NCBI GenBank assembly: GCA_903813345.2
Contig: CAIIXF020000001.1
Coordinates: 34,472,001-34,536,000 of the forward strand
Direction of reading: 5' to 3'
Length of the DNA: 64,000 bases
Source of the DNA: Owenia fusiformis
Lineage: Eukaryota
Shown: positions 37,206 through 48,246 of the stretch, one piece after another
Layout: each line of letters starts with the position of its first letter
Numbering within the stretch: the first letter of the stretch is position 1
The notes under the pieces: generated by a model
Databases searched by the model: none
Told to the model about the DNA's origin: nothing
The model's input: the letters and a program-made list of their open reading frames with translations, nothing else
Program-made: the position numbers and the translations under genes

Positions 37206-38097
37206 CATTTGAGTTTGTGGAATGAATTATGACTCTTGAAAGTTAGAGGCATATAGTATGCAGTATTATCAATATGTTAGTATGGTCAAATTTATGTAAT
37301 ATAAATAATGTTAATGTGCAGATATTGTAGCTGTAAATTGTCTAATAACTGGTGTTAACTTTGCAAGTGATATTATATATAATGAAATGTAATAATATGT
37401 TAATATAATGATATAGTACTGAAATATTAGTTTATACCCATGCATGGACCAGTTTGAAGTGTTTGCATTTAAAGATGTTCACATATAGAGATTTTGACAA
37501 CACAATGGTCATTGAGCGTGTAAACCTATTGTGTATTATTAAACCCTTCATACTGATAGAGATACCATATTTTATGAACATCCCCTTAAAATCAATCAAC
37601 TGCTTCATTACAAATATGTAGTTTCGAATGAGTTTAAAAAGTCAAATCAGTGGGATATTGTATATATCTTCAGTGAATTTTTGGTCTATTTGAAAAAATG
37701 ATAATATGAAAATTGAAAAGCTTTATATTGAAACTATGGGATATCCTATGCTTTTATCATTAAAAAATCCATTCATGAATATTATATCTACTGTAATCCT
37801 CTCACCCAGATCAAATATTTCTTCATCCATGCGCTAATAAAAAATCTAGAAAAGGTGAGGTGAAAAGGTGACATTCTCTAAATATTTGTGAATATATTTA
37901 TGAAACAGACAGGGAATGAAGAGCAGGACTGAGTAGAATATTGTAAATTACACCTAAGATTTGTAAAATGTCTTAAAGTTGTATTTTTCAAAATTATATA
38001 ATGGAAATAACACTCTGCATTGTACCCCTGTAATGTACGAGGGTTGATCATAAAGTTCTCATAATATCTCTCTAATTTTTTTATTTTTCAATATTTT

Positions 38098-39570
38098 TTA
38101 TCGCACTTTGAAAAAGTGCTATATTGTTGTCGTCTTGTGCTGTTGGGCGGGCGGGCGGTCGTGCGGGCGGGCGTGCGGGCGGGCGGGACATAAACCAAAT
38201 CTTGTCATCAAATTTCCAGGATAACTGCTTACCTGTTCAACTTGAAATTTTTACAGATGCAAGAGCAGACTAGTACCAAGATCTGATTAGGTTGAGGGCA
38301 TGCTGGGTAAACTACGTGGCGGCCATTTTGAATTTTTCAACAAATCTTGTCATCAAAATTCCAGGAAAACCACTTATCCGTTCAACTTGAAATTTTTACA
38401 GATGCAAGAGCAGACTATTGCCAAGATCTGATAAGGTTTTGGGTATGCTGGCTGAATTACATGGTGGCCATTTTGAATTTTTCAATTTGGCGGCCATTTT
38501 GAATTTTTCAACTTGCTCCAAATTGACCAAATTTTTTTTTAAAAAACATCTACAAGTTCTCAGAAGTTCGAATCTGACCTTAGATTTTAGATTTGACCTT
38601 TCATTCACCTTCAGTGACCTTGAAAAGGTCAAAAAAGTTTTTTTTCTAAATTTATATTTTGGATTTCAATTTAGGTCAGCTTAATTACAAAACACCTACT
38701 GAGGTCTGAAAAAGTTAAATTTTCAAGGTCGAAGGTCAAGGTCATTAAACTAGGTCACAAATGATGTTATCCAAGTTTCTCAAAGTTTGAGACTTCAAAT
38801 CAATTCTTGTCATCAAAATTCCAAGAAAACCGCTAACCTGTTCAACTTGAAGTTTTTACACATGCAATAGCAGACTAGTGCCAAGATCTGATTAGGTTTA
38901 GGGCATGCTGGGTAAACTACGTGGTGGCCATTTTGAATTTTTCAACAAATCTTGTCATCAAAATTCCAGGAAAGCCACTTATCCGTTCAACTTGAAATTT
39001 TTACAGATGCAAGAGCAGACTATTGCCAAGATCTGATTAGGTTTTGGGCATGCTGGCTGAATTACATGGTGGCCATTTTGAATTTTTCAATTTGGCGGCC
39101 ATTTTGAATTTTTCAACTTGCTCCAAATTGACCAAATTTTTTTTTTAAAAACATCTACAAGTTCTCAGAAGTTCAAATCTGACCTTAGATTTCAGATTTG
39201 ACCTTTCGTTGACCTTCAGTGACCTTGAAAAGGTCAAAAATTTGATTTTCTAAATTGATATTTTGGATTTAAATTTAGGTCAGCTTAATTACAAAACACC
39301 TACTGAGGTCTGAAAAAGTGAAATTTTCAAGGTCGAAGGTCATCAAATTAGGTCACAAACAATGTTATCTAAATTTTCCCAAAGTTCAAGACTACAAATA
39401 AATTCTTGTCATCAAAATTGCAGGAAAACCGCTTACCTTGTCAACTTGAAATGTTTACAGATGCAAGAGCAGACTAGTGCCAAGGTCTGATTAGGTTTTG
39501 GCCATGCTGGGTAAATGGCATGGTGGCCAGTTTGCTCTTCAAAGTGCGATATTTATCACTGTGTGTCTTG
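38098..39570 (+). mobile_element. Helentron/HINE-type element, family D
   Basis: Head TTATCGCACTTTGAAAAAGTGCTATA, (GGGC)n microsatellite, ~600-bp composite repeat with ~140-bp subunits (about 2.3 copies), tail AAAGTGCGATATTTATCACTGTGTGTCTTG|TT. Confidence 0.82.
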
Positions 39571-39592
39571 TTCTTATATGCAAAATGGAATG

Positions 39593-40438
39593 TTTTATTA
39601 ATCCAGCAAAAAATATTTAGAATAACAGAAACATTAGATAAGAAATGGTCGCCAAAGTAACTTGAAATCAGGGCACCTGGGGCAAATAAAAAAAACTAGC
39701 TAGAATAGCCCCATTAACCATGTTTAAATCCATAATTAGTTGTCAAATAAGCTATCAAACACATTAAATTGTCAAATAATATGTGCTCTTGACTGTTGTG
39801 AACTATTACAATGGTCATGTGAATTTTGTGATCTCATAATGGATGATTAATATGCTTCATAAGAAGTGACTGTTAGACCCTATGACTGTTTTGTCAAATA
39901 TCCAGAAGAAAATTGATTTTGCCCCTTTAGTTCATTTTTAACATGTTCAGACCACACACTGCACAATTTTGATGATATCTTAGCAATATATTTGTTTTAG
40001 ATCATGTTTAGTCTGACCAAAGGATCTTACAAACTTAAAATAACATTTTAGCAGTATGAATTTTATTAGAATTTTATTTTTCTGAAGATCTCTGCATCTA
40101 TAGCATTCTCTTACTCAGTCATTTCTGATCATTAGCTTCAAGTCTCAGGCTCTGGTATCACATCTAATGAAGCATGGAAGCATCCCCTACGACATCACAC
40201 AATCCACGTGATCAATTTTTAATAGTAAAAGCACTTAACAACATATTCAAGTTAACATTTAAATGTGTTTGGGAATCTATGAGAGTTCATTATTATTATG
40301 TATGTTAACATGGTAAATTAGAGCTATTTTGTCAATTACTTTCCTTTGCCCCGGGTGCCTTGATTTCCTGTTACTATGGCAACCATTTCTTATTTAATAT
40401 TTCTGTTCAACTAAATATTTTTTGCTGAATTAATAAAT
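39593..40438. mobile_element. MITE-like element with ~95-bp imperfect inverted ends
   Basis: TTATTAATCCAGCAAAAAATATTTAG...GGCACCTGGGGCAAA is mirrored by TTTGCCCCGGGTGCC...CTAAATATTTTTTGCTGAATTAATAA. Confidence 0.55.
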
Positions 40439-42995
40439 AAGGGTTATGTACTGGGAGGTTTTGGATATAAGTTTTTCCAGAGGGAGATATGCATATCTAC
40501 CTGAGGGACCGTAGATGTGCATGTCTCATGAGAGATGAACCCAATATCCAAACCGACCGTACATAACTGCTTTATCCTATACCAAGTAAAGTTTTCAGGG
40601 GCATATGGCCATTTCAATAGTACAACGTGTAAAAATAAATCATTCATATGCAAAGTCATTTTATTGCATTTCCACTACTTACCGGAAGCGGGAAGATATG
40701 CACCGAAGCGGGAGATATGGAGGTTTTGGATATGGAAACCTCAAAATCAGGATACGGGATATATCTTACCAACTTATCTCCCTAAAACTCTACTTGGCAT
40801 AGGATAAGACATTCTATGCTGCACATTCTGTGAAAATTTCATTAGAATATATTGAAAAATAAAAAAATTAGAGGGATATTATGAGGGGGATGGGGATCTA
40901 ATCCCCTTTATATTTGAAGTAGAAGAAGTAATGTAATTTTCAATGTAGTATAAAAACAAGGTAATGAATGTTTGGATATGGGGTTTATATTCAAGTGTCC
41001 AGATATGGTGTTTTCCTGTGAGATATATACATAAATCATGAAGTTGAGGACCAAGAATAGATTTCTTGAGGACCAAGAATAGGTTTCTATTATTTTCAAA
41101 CTCCATTTTTTAAATCAAGGGTGTTCATAGGCTCTTTACTATTAAAATACTGTTTTGTATAAAGTGTGGAGCTTTTATACCCTGTAATTTGTTTATTCTG
41201 TGTAAAATGTGGTTGATAGTGGTAGATACACTGTATATACATATACCAATGTAGTGTACTTCCATATACCTCTTGTACCTACTATACACCCATTAGTTCA
41301 ATAATAGATGTTTTATGAATGCAGCCATTTAGTCCGTTATTGATGTTTGATACAGCTGTTGGTTCTCCCTTTGTGTACCTTGTATAGGAATTGTTATTAA
41401 CCACATGATTAAAGAGAACCAATCATTTAGGTCCAATATTCATCACCCTATAATGAGTTCAATTTAAAATAAGCTTGTTATATTTTTTTCTTTAGTTATT
41501 ATATGAATGGCAGGCCTGTAGCCAGGGGGGGGGGGGGGGTTCAATGGGTTCAAGCCCAAAATTGTCACAAGTGAACCCCCCTGGAATTTTTCAAAAAGTG
41601 ACCCCCCCCCCCCCTTGGCAAATCCTTCCTATGAGCCTGTATGGATAAGAAATGAGAGGTGCATATATCAATTTTATTAATTTGTCAAAATGTTGTTCAA
41701 GTATGAAAGATAGAAATTTGTACTTCTAAAATGTAATTTTACAAGAGTAGGTGGGTGGTCTAATGCTGTTAATGAAATAACACCTTAGTAGGGGTGGATC
41801 TGAAAACTAACAAGGGGGGGGAGCACTTTCCAAGTCGGAAAAATGTTTTGGGCCCCTAAAATCAAAGGTCCATGTGCAGTATGGCAAGTGATTTTAGATA
41901 GTCATATCTTTAACCATGAGTACTTTCTGGGCATAAATATAGTGATTTTTATTAAAACAATATGTTTTCTTTCAAGTGAAGTACCCCTAATGATAAAAAT
42001 ATCAATCGAACAATTCAAAAAAATTATTAATAGGGACCCCATGTCAACATTTCTTTCAAAATGTTGAACCTATTTAATCCAAAGAGGATCTTCTTTTTCT
42101 GGTTTTTATAGCATGAAAAGATTATTTAACAAGGGTCTAAGCTTCTTCAAAAGTAGAATGGTATTGAAAGTCTAGTTTTGAAGATATCCATTTTCGATGA
42201 CCAAAACTATGCTGAAAACAATGGATAGCATGAGTTTTCCCTATGGGAAAATAACATGGGATTTGTGGTTTTTAGCTTTAACGCATTTCAATACACATCC
42301 CCTTTTCAGAAATTGTTAATATAGTGTAGAAATAAGTTTCGATATGTTCAAATTGAGAAAAACAAGATCCTCTTTTTAGAAAATGAGCCTGACATTTTTA
42401 AAAAAGTGTCAAGGTGGGGTCCTAATCCATAACTTTTTATTAGCATCCCGTATAAAAACAATATGGCGTCTCCAGGCGAATCAACTGGATCAGTCCATTT
42501 TTAAGAAATGAGGGGAGTTCTGTAAAATCCAGTTTATTTAAATTGTCTTTGAGATAAAGTAATCGTTTATAATGATTTTGAAAACGTTATCCAAAGAGTG
42601 ATTGCGTTCAAAGAATACATGTACAACAGCCAATATAAATCCTTGTATTAGAAACCGGTTTGTCTTGCTTTGTTTCATTTGTAGGATATTTCATATGCCA
42701 AGCTGTGTGCCATTACGTTATGGGGAAATTTAGATGCCAATTTTTCCTTATTGTACACAAATAGAAGATCCTGAAACTTCACCCATAAATGTGGAATTGA
42801 TTTGTCAAAATAAAAATCACCCTTTTATAAATGTGTGACGATCTATAATATACTTATGCTATATAACAGTTAGAGGTGTTGACACAACAACCTCGGACCT
42901 GTGAACCCTTGAGTATTATTCCGGGATCGGGCCTTTTATACTAAACGGTGAGCAACACCAGAAACGAGCGTTCGATTTGCTAAACGATATGCATC

Positions 42996-43700
42996 ACCCT
43001 TTAAAGCATTTGGATATTAAAGGCGACAACTTTTCAAACATTTTTAAAACAATCTATAAAAACAGTGAAAGCTGCCTTTCAAATAACGGTGAACATTCTG
43101 AGTTTTTTAAGTTAGAAAGAGATGTGCGAAAAGGAGATCCAAAATCCGAAATCCTTTTCATTATGGCAATAGAAACACTAAGTATAGCGATCAAAAAGAA
43201 AATTGAAGTGAAAGGAATGACAATCAACAACCAGACAATTAAACTTGCACAATATGCTGATGACATGACACTAATACTAAGAGACAAAGATTCAACAAAA
43301 GAAGCACTGAAATTATTTAGATTATTTGAATTTCACTCTGGACTGAAATTAAACAAAGATAAATGTGAAATATTGTGGATAGGAAGAGACAAAGATAAAA
43401 ATGAAGGCATAGAAAACATTAGATCAGTTAGAAAATCAACAGCATTAGGTTATTGCTTTTCACACTCACAAATAATATCTGAAGAAGTAAATATAAAACA
43501 AAAAATTGAAAAGATCAAGAATAAATTGGATATATGGACAGGTAGAAACTTAACAATTCAAGGGAGAATACTATTAGTCAAAAGTATAGGTATCTCATAA
43601 ATTATAAATATAGCTTCAGTAACAACAATACCAGATAAATATATACAAAAAATAGACAATATTATATTTAACTTTATACAGTGCGTATCAAAAAAACGCA
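42996..43700 (+). pseudogene. L1/Tx1-clade LINE reverse transcriptase fragment
   Basis: RDVRKGDPKS..LF (degenerate RGVRQGDPLS), LAQYADDMTL, SGLKLNKDKCE, LTIQGRILLVKS; in-frame stop at 43598-43600 with similarity continuing; truncated on both sides. Confidence 0.85.
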
Positions 43701-44457
43701 ACAGATTGTTAACTTGGAAAAGCACAAAACTAGTGATAACAGCATTGATTTCATTCAATGCACCATAAAACCATGTGTCTCCTCTTTACAATGATATATC
43801 ATTCATTGATATTTGGTCATGGTTGGGTGAGTAATCATTCCATTTGCAAAGTGGGCCAAAATTAGCTTCGGTCCAAGTTATAAACATTGCAAAAGTCAGT
43901 GTACGGAGCCTGATGCAATATTGGACGAAAACATAAAATCAATGCTGACTGCATCCTTTTAATTCAATGTACCAAAAAGCCCAATTACTCCTCTTTGCAA
44001 TGGAATATCATTCATTCACAGAGGTCATCTCTGGCCGAATAATCATTAATTTTGCAAAGTGGGAATTTCAAAGAACGAATGGCTATAGACACCCCTGGGG
44101 CCACTTAACATTTTTGAAAAATGCAATGTCGTTAATATCCTAGATATGTAGGATCAAATTGTAGATAAATATGTATATTTTCAAGAAATAGCAATAAAAA
44201 GCATTCAAGATTACTGATATAAGTATATTTTGGTTGATTTGGGAGGTATGTATGTGAATTTTTATCAGTCTCAGAAAATGTCTCCAGAATGTAAAAACCC
44301 AACTTGTCAGATGTCCCATTGTTTGATTGTGGTAGGTACGGAAAATTTCTAACAGAATGCGTGACATATACATAATTCGCGTGAAAAGTCCGAAACGAAA
44401 TACGTACATTTTTTTACGGCGTTCGTATTTTTGCTGTGTAGACGATCTTTTTGAGAA

Positions 44458-44609
44458 ATTTTTCTACAGAAATATTTTTGCTTGACAATTACCAGGCAAA
44501 ATGCGTATTTGCGTGACATTTTCTGTCACGCAAAAATAACTGGCGTGACTTCAAATTCTTCAGCAAATGCGTGACAAATACGCAAATTGCGGGACAGTTG
44601 ACAGGCCTG
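44458..44609 (-). mobile_element. hAT-like transposon end, inverted copy of 17969..18120
   Basis: ...GCGGGACAGTTGACAGGCCTG; about 2 mismatches over ~150 bp by eye. Confidence 0.65.
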
Positions 44610-45335
44610 AGATAGAGGAAGGTCATGATAAACTCTTGCTTTGTTCATATAATGCTTGGTTCTTACCTAGAAAGTTATATGTATTGAGGGAATAGTTCAC
44701 TTCTAAGGTACTTCTTGAGATATGTAAAAATCTCGGTAAGGACCAAGCGTTGTGCAAAAATGGAACTTTTCTGCAATTTTCAGCATGAAATGAAATGATG
44801 TCAGCCATTTTGAAAATCCTTAGAATGATTGTGACCGTTGTTTTTTATATATTTGAGTATATTTTCTTTATTCATATATGATCTTTTCATGAACTAATAT
44901 GTATGCTTGCACTGGAGCATGACCTCTTGAGAAGCATATCTTTACCATGGCTCTAAGCAACATAATGACATGCAATTCCTTTCAATACATTCATATGAGA
45001 TGATTGTTGTACAATCATTTTATCTTGATGTTTTGTGTATATATAATTCTTTTATATTATCACAGTTCACTGACTGATCATACCAATGTTCATATTTAGA
45101 AATCCAGCTCAACTTTATTGTACAGAAGAAATATACTGAAAGTCATAATCTGTAGGCGGAAAAACGACATCTGCTAATAAAATGCCCAAAGCAAAGGGAA
45201 CTGCATCAGTGAACTGCAATCTCCCAGTACCCCCTGTATGGAGACAAGAGGGTTACATCTAAATCATAGTAGACTCTCTTGAGATCAAGCCAACCAATTT
45301 AACTTAAACGATGCACAGATGACCAACTTCAAGTA

Positions 45336-45545
45336 GATGGGAAATATACCAGTCTACCATCATTGTTAAAAAAGATACATTTGGCCTAATTTGTGTAAAA
45401 GTCCAGTACTCGGTTTGTGTCCGTCCTTTAAATCTCATTATACATGGGTGGAGTATAACCCAGGTCCAGATGTATGTAAAAGTATTGATGCAATCACTGG
45501 ATGGTGTTGTACCTGCCTTGTTGGGAGTAGGGTTGTAGGCACAAT
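45336..45545 (+). pseudogene. Decayed DNA-transposon protein C-terminus with SWIM-like Cys motif (ISL2EU / Kolobok-Hydra type)
   Basis: Across frameshifts it reads DGKYT..IIVKKDTFGLICVKVQ.RFVS..KSHYTWVEYN...ITGWCCTCLVGSRVVG, resembling the 'KIQSRH..Y..WIEY..GWYCxCxxGxRxVGxCxH' signature (recognised from memory). Confidence 0.55.
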
Positions 45546-46370
45546 GGGTATAAAAGCAAAAAGAAATGCACGAAGTTTGACATTTTAAAATCAAAAGATA
45601 TATATGAAATGTTGTCATCTGAAGAAGATGATGATAGCTCAGAGAATCTCTTATTATAATGAAAAAATACATGAATGTGCTGTACAGTTATGTAAAGTCC
45701 ATGTGTTTTCAAATGTTGCTCTTTGTGCTTCCTCACTGTGATGTGAAATAATAAATTCAGTGTTTTACTGCCACAAACTGCATATGTGCAAATGATCTCA
45801 AGGAAGCAGATCAATATATAATTGATTGATATGCATTTTTGACTTGTTAATTACTTCATGTGTTTTTAAATGTTGCCCCTTGTTCTTTCTCATTGTGATG
45901 TAAATTAAAAAAACTCAATATTCTTTTCTGACATAGTTTCGCAAACTTTTTTTGTAGACAATTGTTCTAAATGAAGTATAAAGAAGATCACTATTCAATA
46001 TTTTTTTTGTATTTTTGACGTTGTTATATTTTATATGTTTTCGACTGTTGCCCAATAGAATATGCTTTGTCACTATTATGTAAGATAATAGCAACAGAAT
46101 AAATTAAAAAGTCTTAAATGACTGCAAATAATAATTACTTTGATAATAAATAGAAACATTGACAATAATAATGTGAAAAAGGTGATTTTTCCTTGAAAAG
46201 GTCATTTTATACACGTTAATAGAATGACCTTTATTTTGAAACATAAATGTCAGAATGACCTAATTTTGAATCTGGTTATCAAACAAAGTCTCGTCTTTGA
46301 TATCCTGTACAATTTTTTCTAAATATCTTGGGGGCTAATATAGGGTCTTAAAGCCACTTGTCCTTTTCAG

Positions 46371-46550
46371 GGGATGAAAATCTAGAACTGACTAATTTTT
46401 GGGCATTCTTGGTAAATTTTAAGGGGGCCATTTTGGATTTTCCGTCCTCAAATAAATTGTGTCGGTTAAGTCCTGTCTACTCATTTTTAGGATAACCATT
46501 TGACGGGATCAACCATAGGTGGGGACATTTTGTACACATTTGTGTTCTTG
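46371..46550 (+). mobile_element. 3' fragment of HINE family E, tail-to-tail with the next copy
   Basis: Ends GGTGGGGACATTTTGTACACATTTGTGTTCTTG|TT; reverse complement of 46656-46830. Confidence 0.7.
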
Positions 46551-46655
46551 TTAATTTTTGTGTGAATAAGTAGATGCATGATAGGAACGAATGTCACTAA
46601 GAATGTGAGTAGATGGATGATTATTAGTTTAGGTAAATATATTTACAATTACATA

Positions 46656-47973
46656 CAAGAACACAAATGTGTACAATATGTCCCCACCAATGGGTGATCC
46701 CGTCTAATGGTTATCCTGAAAATGAGTAGACAAGACTTTACAAACAAGATTTTAGGACGGAAAAATCCAAAATGGCTGCCTTGACATTTGCTCAGAATGC
46801 CTAAAAACTAATCAGTTCTAGATTTTCATACTAAGAATCATCCCTGAAAATTTGAAATTGATCTACCAAACAGTTCACCTGAAAACACGTAGACAAGACT
46901 TTACAGGCAAGATTTTAGGACGGAAAATCCAAAATGGCTGCCTTGACATTTACCCAGAATGCCAAAAAACTAATCAGATCTAGATTTTCATACTAAAAAT
47001 CATCCATAAAAATTTGAAATTGATCTACCAAACGGTTCACCTGAAAATGCGAAGACAAGACTTTAAAGACAAGATTTTAGGACGGAAAATCCAAAATGGC
47101 TTTCTTGACATTTACCCAGAATGCCAAAAAACTAATCAGATCTAGATTTTCATACTAAGAATCATCCCTAAAAATTTGAAATTGATCTACCAAACGGTTC
47201 ACCTGAAAACGCGAAGACAAGACTTTAAAGACAAGATTTTAGGATGGAAAATCCAAAATGTCTGCCTTGACATTTACCCAGAATGCCAAAAAACTAATCA
47301 GATCTAGATTTTCATACTAAGAATCATCCCTGAAAATTTGAAAATGATCTACCAAACGGTTCGCCTGAAAACGCATAGACAAGACTTTACAGACAAGATT
47401 TTAGGATTGAAAAATCCAAAATGGCTGACAATAAAAAAGTGATTATAAGTTCTTTTTACAAAATTAGCACATATAACTACTGTTAACAATAACATAGGCT
47501 TTTACAATAAAGTACACCTGGAATTATTTATAAAGCTACTAAATAGTGTAAGTATGAAAACTCAAAAACACCATTCAATATGATACAAAGTATTATCGCA
47601 CGCTAACTTTTCTTAAGACATTCAAGATGGCTGCCATGACTGGGCTAACAGGTCCAAAACCTAATCAGATCTAGAATCAAGTGAGCTTAACAGGATGTTA
47701 AAGTTTTAAAAACAACAGTGAAGCCATTTTTCTTATAAGTTTGCAGACAAGGATTTTAGCATTTGACTTCAAAATGGCCGACAGGAAGTAGGTATCGAGT
47801 TGAAACTTTTTCGTCCATATCTGTATGCACTCATAAGTTATCCCTGTAAATTTGAATGTGATATTGGTAGCGGTTTTGGAGAAAACTGCCGGACGTACGG
47901 ACGGACGGACAGACGGATGGACGGACGCGCCTAAGCCGACAATATGGCCCCACACTATGTGGTGGGGACATAA
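46656..47973 (-). mobile_element. Helentron/HINE-type element, family E (162-bp monomers related to family C)
   Basis: Head TTATGTCCCCACCACATAGTGTGGGG (minus), (GACG)n at 47890-47927, CAAGATTTTAGGA every ~162 bp, 3' hairpin ACACATTTGTGT. Confidence 0.8.
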
Positions 47974-48246
47974 AAAACACATTACACAATACAAAACACA
48001 ACACAACACCAAATTCAAAAATATAGAAACAGTCTTTGTAGCATGACATAACAGAGAAGGGTGTTCATCTTATATATTATCAGATTAATATTAGTCAAAA
48101 ACAAATAATGCATGTTATTAATTAAAAATGTAATTATTCTAAGAATGAATTAAGAAAATAATAAAAAATACTGCACATGGACCTTTTGATTTAAGGCCCA
48201 TTTTCTTGATAATTTGACCTAAAATTAAAATCTAAGGCCCAAAAAT

